Below are positions 10,051 through 19,610 of a stretch of 64,000 nt of DNA, in pieces. Location of the stretch: positions 3,264,001-3,328,000 of the forward strand of contig CAXXLQ010000004.1 in the NCBI GenBank assembly GCA_963668695.2, written 5' to 3'. Both the position numbers and the translations under genes were made by a program. Source of the stretch: Vicinamibacteria bacterium. GTDB taxonomy: Bacteria > Acidobacteriota > Vicinamibacteria > Marinacidobacterales > Marinacidobacteraceae. Numbering within the stretch: the first letter of the stretch is position 1; each line of letters starts with the position of its first letter. The notes beneath the pieces are model-generated. The model was given only the letters and a program-made list of their open reading frames with translations. It was not told the origin of the DNA and did not search any database.

Positions 10051-10983
10051 ATGCCGCAGTTCCCCGAGTTTCCCGGCGCCCGGGCCGTGCTCTCGGTCCG
10101 GACCGGGAGTCGCGGCGTCGTGCGCGTCACCGGGGGGGACCGGATGGCGTTCCTCACCCGCATCATGTCGGGCCAACTTCCCCCCGCCCCCGGTGCGGCT
10201 CCCACCGCGCTGCTGGGCCCGAAGGGCAACGTCATCGCCGCCGCGGTGGCGACGGTGACCAGCGAAGCCGTGTTCCTCGAGTGCGAAGCGAGCCGGGAAC
10301 ACGCGCTGCTGGTCGCGCTCGACCGGTACCGGATCAGCGACGACGTGGACCTCTCCCTCGCTGACCGCAGCGACTTTGAAATCGTGTGCACCGACGCCGC
10401 CCCGACGCCGGAGAAACCGGATCTCGCCTCGCCGGGATGGGTCCTCGAAACCGCCGTCGGATTCATGCGCCGGGATTTCCGGCCGTGGTCGGCCACCACC
10501 ATCTTTCATCTCGGCATCCGGACCGGGGACCGGGTTCCGTTCCGCGATCTGATGCTCGCCGAGGGGGAGTCGGTTGAGGCGTCGCCGGAAGAGCAGGAAT
10601 ACCTCCGGATCCTCGCCGGCGAGCCGCGCTGGGAGGCCGAGCTCCACGAGCGTTCCCTGCCCCTCCAGAGTGGTCTCTCGGCCCACGTCCGCCTCGGCAG
10701 GGGCTGTTACATCGGCCAGGAGTACGTGGCGCGCCAAGCGCATCGGGGCCGCATCCCGCGGCTCCTCCGCCGCCTGGACTTCGAGGACGGAGGAGTCCCC
10801 GAAACGGATGCGGTGGTCCTCTTCGAGGGGGCTTCCGCGGGTCGGATCAAAAGCGCCGCCGGCCGGCCGGCCGACTGGCGGGGTCCGGCCGGCGTCGCCC
10901 TCGCCGTCGTGTCTGCCAACGTGCCCCCCGGCGCCGCCGTGGAGGTCCTTCGCGGCCTGACCGCCACCATCGCAGAGGTCTAG
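10051..10983 (+). CDS. ygfZ: YgfZ/GcvT-family folate-binding protein
   Basis: VRVTGGDRMAFL N-terminus and RGCYIGQE (KGCYxGQE signature). Confidence 0.8.
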   Translation: MPQFPEFPGARAVLSVRTGSRGVVRVTGGDRMAFLTRIMSGQLPPAPGAAPTALLGPKGNVIAAAVATVTSEAVFLECEASREHALLVALDRYRISDDVDLSLADRSDFEIVCTDAAPTPEKPDLASPGWVLETAVGFMRRDFRPWSATTIFHLGIRTGDRVPFRDLMLAEGESVEASPEEQEYLRILAGEPRWEAELHERSLPLQSGLSAHVRLGRGCYIGQEYVARQAHRGRIPRLLRRLDFEDGGVPETDAVVLFEGASAGRIKSAAGRPADWRGPAGVALAVVSANVPPGAAVEVLRGLTATIAEV

Positions 10984-11219
10984 CTCCGCCAGGGAACGCC
11001 GGTCTTTAGACCGGCACGGCGGCGCGCAGCGCCGCCAAATCGCGTACCGCCCCTCGCCCGGACGACGCGCGACAGCGGGCCCCCACCGGGAGAACTGGCC
11101 TCCGGCCGGCATCGCGCCCCGAGAGGCGGGCGAAACGTTCCGTCAGGCTTGCCCTCGCCCCCTCCAGGAAGGGAGGGGCAGCCCGCGGTCCAGATCGCCG
11201 CCCACTGCGAGGAGAATCA

Positions 11220-12744
11220 GTTAGCGGGAACACCCGTCCATCGGGCGGGGAGCTTCTGGACGAGCTTTTGGCGGGGGAGGACCCGCGTGAGGCGTTTCGG
11301 AGCGGGGAGTTGTTTGCGGATCTCCAGAAGTCCCTGGCGGAGCGGGCGCTGGGCGCGGAGATGGAGGCGCACTTGTCGAGCGAGGAGGAGGCGGGTTCTG
11401 GGAACCACCGGAACGGTCACAACCGGAAGCGGGTTTTGACGGGGACGGGTTCGGTGGAGTTGGCGGTTCCGCGGGACCGAGAGGGCCGCTTCGAGCCGCA
11501 GTTGATCGAGAAGTGGGCACGGCGGCTTCCGGGGTTCGACGAGAAGGTGATTTCGCTGTATGCGCGGGGGATGACGACGCGGGAGATCCGGGCGCAGGTG
11601 GAGGAGTTGTATGGGGTTACGGTGTCTCGGGAGTTGATCTCGAAGGTGACGGACGAGATTCATGAGGAGCTGCGGGAGTGGCGTTCACGGCCGCTGGAGG
11701 CGGTGTATCCGCTGGTGTATTTCGACGCGTTGCGGGTGAAGATCCGCGAGGAGGGGGTGGTTCAGAACAAGGCGGTTCATCTGGCGATCGGGATTACGGC
11801 GCTGGGGCGGAAGGAGATTTTGGGGATGTGGACGGCGGCGAACGAGGGGGCGAAGTTCTGGTTGGGGGTGATGAACGAGTTGAAGGCGCGGGGCGTTCGG
11901 GATGTGTTGATCGCGGTGGTGGACGGGCTGAAGGGGTTCCCGGAGGCGATTGAGGCGGCGTTTCCGGAGGCGATGGTGCAGACGTGCCTGGTGCACCTGA
12001 TCCGGTATTCGCTGGCGCACGCCTCCTGGAAGGAGCGGAAGGAGTTGGCGGGGGCGCTGCGTCCGATCTACCAGGCGGACACGGTGGAGGAAGCGGAGGA
12101 GGCGCTGGACGGGTTCGAGGCGGGTTCCTGGGGTCGGAAGTTCCCGGCGATCGTGCGGAGCTGGCGGCGGAACTGGGCGCAGGTGATCCCGTTCTTCGCG
12201 TTTTCGAAGCCGATCCGGCGGGTGATCTACACGACGAACGCGATCGAGAGCCTGAACAGCACGGTGCGGCGTGCGGTGCGGACGCGGGGCCACTTTCCGA
12301 ACGACCGGGCGGCGGCGAAGCTGATCTACCTGACGCTGCGGAAGATCGAGCGGAAGTGGCAGCGGCCGCAGACGTTCTGGCCGCAGGCGCGCGCCGAGTT
12401 CGCGATCCTGTTCGGCGACCGGTTCCCGGTGGAGGCCTTGTGAGCCCGCCCCGCGCCGCCCCCCACAGAGCGGCCGCCGGCCGGCCTCGCGGCCTCCGGC
12501 TGATTGCCGTAGGCGCCGCCTCGAGCCCGTGGAAAGCGCCGTCCTGGGGAAATCGCGGCGCCCGTGGCGACCGGATCGCGTGGACCGCTTCGTCCGGAGC
12601 GATTCCCCCAGGACTTGGAAAACGCTGGCGCGTTTCCCACTCTTCCCACCGGCTCACCTCGAAGCCGGTCAACCAATCCCGGGAAGCCAAAACCAACGCA
12701 GTTTCCAAAGTCTCCGTCCTACACACGGAATTCCTGACAGTCCC
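11220..12744 (+). mobile_element. IS256 element; only the right inverted repeat is recognisable
   Basis: ACACACGGAATTCCTGACAGTCCC (12721-12744) resembles an IS256 end; no matching left end seen, so the left boundary is approximate. Confidence 0.7.
11268..12443 (+). CDS. IS256 family transposase
   Basis: NHRNG, VPRDREGRFEP, VYFDAL, VVDGLKGF, QTCLVH, YTTNAIES; the start codon is uncertain. Confidence 0.95.
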   Translation: MAGEDPREAFRSGELFADLQKSLAERALGAEMEAHLSSEEEAGSGNHRNGHNRKRVLTGTGSVELAVPRDREGRFEPQLIEKWARRLPGFDEKVISLYARGMTTREIRAQVEELYGVTVSRELISKVTDEIHEELREWRSRPLEAVYPLVYFDALRVKIREEGVVQNKAVHLAIGITALGRKEILGMWTAANEGAKFWLGVMNELKARGVRDVLIAVVDGLKGFPEAIEAAFPEAMVQTCLVHLIRYSLAHASWKERKELAGALRPIYQADTVEEAEEALDGFEAGSWGRKFPAIVRSWRRNWAQVIPFFAFSKPIRRVIYTTNAIESLNSTVRRAVRTRGHFPNDRAAAKLIYLTLRKIERKWQRPQTFWPQARAEFAILFGDRFPVEAL

Positions 12745-12754
12745 CCACCCCCTC

Positions 12755-14099
12755 CAGCGTGGAGTTCCCGCCAGCAGACCCCGCACAGCGTGGAGTTCCA
12801 CCCCTCCAGCGTGGAGTTCCCGCCAGCAGACCCCGCTACAGCGTGGAGTTCCACCTCCTCCAGCGTGGAGTTCCCGCCAGCAGACCCCGCTACAGCGTGG
12901 AGTTCCGCGGCTACAGCGTGGAGTTCCCGCCAGCAGACCCCGCACAGCGTGGAGTTCCGCGCAGCGTGGAGTTCCCGCCAGCAGACCCCGCTTCAGCGTG
13001 GAGTTCGCCAGCAGACCCCGCTACAGCGTGGAGTTCCGCGCCTACAGCGTGGAGTTCCCGCCAGCAGACCCCGCCCAGCGTGGAGTTCCGCGGCCTCAGC
13101 GTGGAGTTCCCGCCAGCAGACCCCGCTACAGCGTGGAGTTCCGCGGCTACAGCGTGGAGTTCCCGCCAACAGACCCCGCTACAGCGTGGAGTTCCCACCA
13201 GCAGACCCCGCCAGCGTGGAGTTCCGCGGCTACAGCGTGGACCCCACAGCGTGGAGTTCCGCGGCTACAGCGTGGAGTTCCCCAGCAGACCCCGCCACAG
13301 CGTGGAGTTCCGCGGCTCCAGCGTGGAGTTCCCGCCAGCAGACCCCGCCACAGCGTGGAGTCCCGCGGCTACAGCGTGGAGTTCCCACCAGCAGACCCCG
13401 CCACAGCGTGGAGTCCCGCGGCTACAGCGTGGAGTTCCCACCAACAGACCCCGCCAGCGTGGAGTCCCGCGGCCACAGCGTGGAGTTCCCACCCAGACCC
13501 CGCTACAGCGTGGAGTTCCGCGGCTACAGCGTGGAGTTCCCGCCAACAGACCCCGCTACAGCGTGGAGTTCCGCGGCTACAGCGTGGAGTTCACGCCAGC
13601 ACCCCGCGGCTACAGCCCGCGGCTACAGCGTGGAGTTCCGCCAGCAGACCAGCGCTACAGCGTGGAGTTCCCGCCAGCAGACCCCGCCACAGCGTGGAGT
13701 TCCGCGGCTACAGCGTGGAGTTCACGCCAACAGACCCCGCCACAGCGTGGAGTCCCGCGGCTACAGCGTGGAGTTCCCGCCAGCAGACCCCGCCACAGCG
13801 TGGAGTTCCGCGGCTACAGCGTGGAGTTCACGCCAGCAGACCCCGCCACAGCGTGGAGTTCCGCGGCTACAGCGTGGAGTTCACGCCAACAGACCCCGCT
13901 ACAGCGTGGAGTTGCCCCCGCCGGACCCCCTCCAGCGTGGAGTTCCGCCGCTACAGCGTGGAGTTCCGCGGCTCCAGCGTGGAGTTCCCGCCAACAGATC
14001 CCGCTACAGCGTGGAGTGCGCGGCTTCAGCGTGGAGTTCCCACCAGCAGACCCGCTACAGCGTGGAGTTCCCCCGCCGGACCCCCTCCAGCGTGGAGTC
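12755..14099. repeat. Composite tandem array of about 50 CAGCGTGGAGTT cores
   Basis: The core alternates with linkers CCCGCCAGCAGACCCCGCTA and CCGCGGCTA, giving a period of about 53 bp. Confidence 0.95.
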
Positions 14100-14169
14100 C
14101 CCGTTAACGCACTCCGCTGGTGCGTTGAGTTCGCCCCGCCGAACGCGCCGAACGGCGGAGCCGTCACGT

Positions 14170-14214
14170 TTGCTTCGATCGGCGCTGTGCACCATAATGG
14201 TGCATCATGGTGCA
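14170..14214 (+). promoter_or_regulatory. Promoter with overlapping operator for the RHH gene
   Basis: TTGCTT-17 bp-CATAAT; palindrome TGCACCAT-A-ATGGTGCA plus a third ATGGTGCA half-site over the ATG. Confidence 0.65.
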
Positions 14215-14443
14215 AACAGGCCGGCCCGCCGGCGAGCAGGCGACACCTCCGCCGGCGCCCAAACCGCGCGTCTCGGTCTCCTTCGAACCGGCGGACTACG
14301 ACGAGCTCGTCAGGATCGCCGCCGAAAAGCGCGTCTCCCTCGCTTGGGTGGTCCGGGACGCGGTAGCGGCCTACATCTTCCGCCGGGGCCCCCTCTTCCG
14401 GCAGCCCCCGCACGCCCGGCCCGCCCGGAGAACCCCGGAATGA
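14207..14443 (+). CDS. CopG/ribbon-helix-helix regulator
   Basis: RVSVSF...YDELVRIAAEKRVSLAWVVRDAVAAY. Confidence 0.85.
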   Translation: MVQTGRPAGEQATPPPAPKPRVSVSFEPADYDELVRIAAEKRVSLAWVVRDAVAAYIFRRGPLFRQPPHARPARRTPE

Positions 14444-14510
14444 GCCTCGCCGCGCCCGCCCGATTCCAGCCTCTCCGGGGTGTCAGGTTCTGGCGTGCCG
14501 GGCCCGGAGA

Positions 14511-15728
14511 ATGGGCCTCATGATCATCACGACCCTTCTTCTCTCGCTGCTCGGGGCCGGCTTGGTCGCCGCGACCTTCTACTTCGTGGGAGTCCGGGCG
14601 GGCGAGCGGCTCGGCCGCGACCAGACCCGCGCGGACCTCGACGCCATCGCCCGCGCCGCCGCCGCCGAAAGCAACCAGCAGGCGCGTGAGGCCTACGAAC
14701 ACGCCACCGGTCAGGCCGTGAAGCAACTGGAGGCCGCCGTCCGCTCCGACCGCGAGCTCGGTCAGGAACAGTTCGCGAAGACGGCGGCCCCGATCCGCGA
14801 GTCGCTCCGCAGCGTGGCGGAACTCGCCCGGGAGCTGGAGAACAAGCGGGCCGCGGATCACGGCGCGTTGCACCAGCTCACCGAGCGCCTGTCCAGCCAG
14901 GTGGAAACCGTCCAGGACAGCAGCCGTTCACTCCGCGACGCGCTGAAGGGGGACCGTCAGGCTCGCGGCCGGTGGGGCGAAATCCAGCTCGAGAACCTCG
15001 TCGAATCGGTCGGGCTCACGCCGCACTGCGATTTCGAAACGCAGACGGGATGGAACGGCTCGCGGCCCGATCTGGTCCTTCGCCTCCCGAACGGATCGTT
15101 CCTCCCGGTGGATTCCAAGGTTCCCCTGGACGACTACCTCGCCGCGACCGAGATGTCCGCGGTAGACGAACAGACCATCGCCCTCCGGAAACACGCGAAG
15201 GCGGTGAAGGCTCACGCCGACGCGCTCGGCAAGCGCGACTACCCGGCGAAGGTCGGGGACGGCCCGCCGTTCACCGTGATGTTCCTGCCCATCGAATCCT
15301 TGCTCTCGGAGGCCATCCGGCACGAACCCGATCTCCTGCAGTTCGCGGCCGATCGCAGAGTGGTGCTCGCCACCCCGCACACGCTCCTCGGCCTGCTCTG
15401 GAGCGTTGCCGCGATGTGGAGGAACGAAACCAGCACCCGGAACGCCGAGGAGATGCGGAAAGCCGGCCTCGAACTCGAAAAGCGTCTCAACATCTTCCTG
15501 GGTCACTTCGCCGACGTCGGGAGTCAGCTCGCCAAGACGACCGCCGTCTACAACGCCGCCGCGGGCTCGGCCGAGTCCCGTCTTACGCCGCACCTCCGGA
15601 AACTCCGCGAACTGGGAGGCCAGCCCGAGGAGACCCCGGAGGACAAGCTGCCGAAGCCCGTGGAGCTGGCGCCCCGCAGGCTCTTCGGGGACCACGTGGA
15701 CGTGGCCACCGGGCGGGAACTGTTGTAG
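14511..15728 (+). CDS. rmuC: DNA recombination protein RmuC
   Basis: N-terminal TM and coiled coil; RGRWGEIQL, RPDLVLRLP, VDSKVP, VMFLPIE, ATPHTL. Confidence 0.9.
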   Translation: MGLMIITTLLLSLLGAGLVAATFYFVGVRAGERLGRDQTRADLDAIARAAAAESNQQAREAYEHATGQAVKQLEAAVRSDRELGQEQFAKTAAPIRESLRSVAELARELENKRAADHGALHQLTERLSSQVETVQDSSRSLRDALKGDRQARGRWGEIQLENLVESVGLTPHCDFETQTGWNGSRPDLVLRLPNGSFLPVDSKVPLDDYLAATEMSAVDEQTIALRKHAKAVKAHADALGKRDYPAKVGDGPPFTVMFLPIESLLSEAIRHEPDLLQFAADRRVVLATPHTLLGLLWSVAAMWRNETSTRNAEEMRKAGLELEKRLNIFLGHFADVGSQLAKTTAVYNAAAGSAESRLTPHLRKLRELGGQPEETPEDKLPKPVELAPRRLFGDHVDVATGRELL

Positions 15729-16109
15729 GGGAGCTGCAGGGATCTGGGTCGAGGAGGCGGCGGGCCGGGACGGTGCGCCGTCGATCTGTTTCGTGGCCCG
15801 CATGTACCACGAAACGCCGCGGGGCTGCCGCGCCCGCACGTAGGAGACCCGCCTGGATTCCCCCTTCCCTCAGGGGTGGCAGGTTCTGGCGCATCCGGCC
15901 GCCATCATGCCCTCATGACGGTCATCGCACTCCTTCTGGCCCTGCTGGCGGCCGCCGTGGTCCCCGGCGGCTTCTACGTGGCGAGCCTGGCTCTCGCTGG
16001 GGGACCGCCGGGCGAAGAACCGGGAGGCGGCCCCTTCCCCGCATGCCGGTGCCTTGCTCCGTGCAGATGTCGGCGGGACGGCTGGAAGCCTGAGATGGCG
16101 CGCTGAGCT

Positions 16110-16775
16110 ATGCGCATCGCTCCCCGGGAAGCTCAGGAGTTGGCGCCTGCGCAACCGAACGTCGAATTTGCGGCCGTGGACGTCGAAACTGCGAATTCCG
16201 ATCCGGCCAGCATCTGTCAAATCGGGATCGCGACGGTGGAATCAGGCCGGATCAGCCACGTGTGGACTCGACTCATTCGACCTCGCGGCCGCTTCGAGCG
16301 CCGCCACGTCGAGATCCACGGGATCACGAGAGATGCGGTGGCGACCGCCCCGGCGTTCGCGGAAATCCACGGCGAGATCGCCCGCCGACTTCCGCGCTTC
16401 GTGGTGACGCATACCCGGTTTGATGTCGCGGCCCTGACCCAGGAATGCCGTCGCGGTCGTTTGCCGGTCTTTGAGCGGGTCTGGCTCGACAGCTCCTTGT
16501 TACCGAACCGGGCGTGGCCGGGGCGTTTCCCGCGCGGCTCGCGCGGTTTGGCTGCAATCGCCGCCCGACTCGGGATCGAGTTTCGGCACCACGACGCCGG
16601 CGAGGACGCCCGGGCGGCGGCCGGGATCACGTTGCTCTCTCTGGCCGCCGGAGGTTTCAGGTTGGAGGATTTGGTTGGGACCAGAGGCCCCCTGCCGGAG
16701 CTGAACGGTCGCACCGGCGGTCGGAGGACCCGCGCCAGCCGCCATCGCCGTATGTGCGGGGAAACCGCCAGCTGA
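16110..16775 (+). CDS. DEDDh (DnaQ-like) 3'-5' exonuclease
   Basis: AVDVETAN, IHGIT, THTRFDV, HHDAGEDA. Confidence 0.9.
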   Translation: MRIAPREAQELAPAQPNVEFAAVDVETANSDPASICQIGIATVESGRISHVWTRLIRPRGRFERRHVEIHGITRDAVATAPAFAEIHGEIARRLPRFVVTHTRFDVAALTQECRRGRLPVFERVWLDSSLLPNRAWPGRFPRGSRGLAAIAARLGIEFRHHDAGEDARAAAGITLLSLAAGGFRLEDLVGTRGPLPELNGRTGGRRTRASRHRRMCGETAS

Positions 16776-16813
16776 CCAACTCCGAAATCCAACTGGCCCG
16801 TCTATCCCCCGCG

Positions 16814-19536
16814 GGTCTATCCCCCGCGGGCGCGGGGGAAACTGGGTCTGCTCTGGCGTCCTACGATCCGAACGAGGTCCATCCCCGCGCGTGCGGGGGA
16901 AACGATTAGAACCCGGTGATGACGGGGCGCCGTCCCGGGTCCATCCCCGCGCGTGCGGGGGAAACGACCTCGCGGCCGGCTACGCGCGCCGGTGCCAAGG
17001 GTCCATCCCCGCGCGTGCGGGGGAAGCGCGCCACCCGTCACTGACGGCACATGGGCACAAGGTCCATCCCCGCGCGTGCGGGGGAAGCTCGTGGTCCCCG
17101 AAGAGCTGACGCACGCCAACGGTCCATCCCCGCGCGTGCGGGGGAAACGCGCTTCCCTTCAACGCGGCATGGGCGGACCGGTCCATCCCCGCGCGTGCGG
17201 GGGAAGCTCTGCTCCCATGCCTCTGAGAGATGCGGGCCGGGGTCCATCCCCGCGCGTGCGGGGGAAGCGGTAGAGCAAGCGTTTCATTCCAGTCCGTTTC
17301 CGGTCCATCCCCGCGCGTGCGGGGGAAGCATCGTCGCGTGGTCCTTGTCGGAGAACGGCTGGGTCCATCCCCGCGCGTGCGGGGGAAGCGGCGACGGCAA
17401 CCTCACCACGACCCGCAAGCAGGGTCCATCCCCGCGCGTGCGGGGGAAGCCAGCCCGACGACCGCCACCAGGTAGAGCAAGCGGGTCCATCCCCGCGCGT
17501 GCGGGGGAAGCTGCGTCAGTTCCGGGCGCGGCGTCAGGCAGTCGGGTCCATCCCCGCGCGTGCGGGGGAAGCATCCCCGCGCTCGCCCAAGAGGCCGAGG
17601 TCCGGGGTCCATCCCCGCGCGTGCGGGGGAAGCATCGTGTGGGAGGTCCACCAGGACAGCGTGAACGGTCCATCCCCGCGCGTGCGGGGGAAGCGGATCG
17701 TCGGTCCCGAACACGCCAGGGGGGACGGGTCCATCCCCGCGCGTGCGGGGGAAACCGCACCCTCCTTCGCAGGTGGTGGAGCGGGTCCATCCCCGCGCGT
17801 GCGGGGGAAGCCGGCGCGTTGCCTCCGACCCTTCATGGACCTCCGGTCCATCCCCGCGCGTGCGGGGGAAGCGCTCCGTTCTTCACGACGCAAATCCCGT
17901 GGCCGGGTCCATCCCCGCGCGTGCGGGGGAAGCGATCCTTGGGTTCGGTGGCCCGAGGTTCGCCCGGGTCCATCCCCGCGCGTGCGGGGGAAGCTCTCGA
18001 AGCAGATCTACAAGAAGATGCCGATGGGGTCCATCCCCGCGCGTGCGGGGGAAGCCGCAACATCTTCGGGCCCGCGGCACCGATGGACGGTCCATCCCCG
18101 CGCGTGCGGGGGAAACGACTCCATGGCGCGGAAGGAAGTTGACGAGGGTCCATCCCCGCGCGTGCGGGGGAAGCGGCTTCTACTTCGCGGCGCCGCACCT
18201 CGGAAAGGGTCCATCCCCGCGCGTGCGGGGGAAGCGCGTTCGCCCGGGCCTTTTCCCCCTCAGTCACCGGTCCATCCCCGCGCGTGCGGGGGAAGCATGG
18301 AGGTATTACGTCAGGAAGAGACAGCGAACGGTCCATCCCCGCGCGTGCGGGGGAAGCACATCAAAGCACTCCAGGCGTGGAAGGTGGACGGGTCCATCCC
18401 CGCGCGTGCGGGGGAAGCCGGGGCTTGGTGGTCATGGTTGTTCCTCCGGGGGGTCCATCCCCGCGCGTGCGGGGGAAGCGCGAACGACGCGGGGACAAGG
18501 GCATGGTTTGCCGGTCCATCCCCGCGCGTGCGGGGGAAGCGTCAGCTCAGTGCCGCTGGCGAGGTGGAGGGAGGGTCCATCCCCGCGCGTGCGGGGGAAG
18601 CTGGGTCAACTCTCGGTAGAACACACGACCGTCGGGTCCATCCCCGCGCGTGCGGGGGAAGCGACCACGCGAGCGTAAGCGGGCCGAGCTTGAACGGTCC
18701 ATCCCCGCGCGTGCGGGGGAAGCCGGTACGACTTCGGGGCGGCCCACACGGGTGGCGGTCCATCCCCGCGCGTGCGGGGGAAGCCAACGTCTCCTGCGTC
18801 CCGGTCGGGCGGTACCGGGTCCATCCCCGCGCGTGCGGGGGAAGCTCCATCGCCCACTGCATGGCGCCCGGCGTGTACGGTCCATCCCCGCGCGTGCGGG
18901 GGAAACCCGCTTCCAGCTCGGTGAGGCTGGCGTGGTGACGGCGGGTCCATCCCCGCGCGTGCGGGGGAAGCGCCAACTCCGCGGACGATGACTACTCGCC
19001 AACGTAGGGTCCATCCCCGCGCGTGCGGGGGAAGCCTCTCGGGCCGTCGGCAAGGAGCGCGGTCAGCGCGGGTCCATCCCCGCGCGTGCGGGGGAAGCTT
19101 CCAGCGGCCCCGGTGTGGCCCGAGCAGGGATGGGTCCATCCCCGCGCGTGCGGGGGAAGCGGCATCGCCTTTGCCGTCCTCGTCTTCCTTGCCGGTCCAT
19201 CCCCGCGCGTGCGGGGGAAGCGGGCTCCTGTTCCAGGTGCGCGCCGACAAGGGAGGTCCATCCCCGCGCGTGCGGGGGAAGCCCGCACCTTGTCGATGGC
19301 CCGCTGGAGCCACGGGGTCCATCCCCGCGCGTGCGGGGGAAAGCGTGTCCGAAAAGCCGGATCGGGGGGGTCCATCCCCGCGCGTGCGGGGGAAACCCAG
19401 CTTGTCCAGCGCCCGTCCCCCGGAGGGTCCATCCCCGCGCGTGCGGGGGAAGCGGAGCGATCGACCGTCGGGGTCCATCCCCGCGCGTGCGGGGGAAAGC
19501 CGTTCTGGGGTCCATCCCCGCGCGTGCGGGGGAAAC
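16814..19536 (-). CRISPR. Type I-E CRISPR array, 45 intact repeats plus 1 degenerate terminal repeat
   Basis: 28-nt repeat G(C/T)TTCCCCCGCACGCGCGGGGATGGACC on the minus strand; mostly 33-nt unique spacers; degenerate copy at 16814-16842. Confidence 0.98.
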
Positions 19537-19610
19537 CCTTATTGTCACCGAAAATTCACAATTCCTTCGTCGTCCTCCGAGAACACCCGCCAGACCTTGA
19601 TGGCCCGCTT
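19537..19610 (-). promoter_or_regulatory. CRISPR leader
   Basis: AT-richer segment between the cas2 stop and the first repeat, at the end opposite the degenerate repeat. Confidence 0.7.

Noticed and set aside
12500-12720. Structured segment after the IS256 transposase as a guide RNA
   Set aside because: It lies inside the IS end and there is no TnpB/IscB-like gene nearby.
12755-14099. Tandem array as a second CRISPR array or as a repeat-protein gene
   Set aside because: The linkers are recurrent rather than unique and the core is only 12 bp. Unit lengths shift frame constantly, so the long ORFs only reflect a lack of stop triplets.
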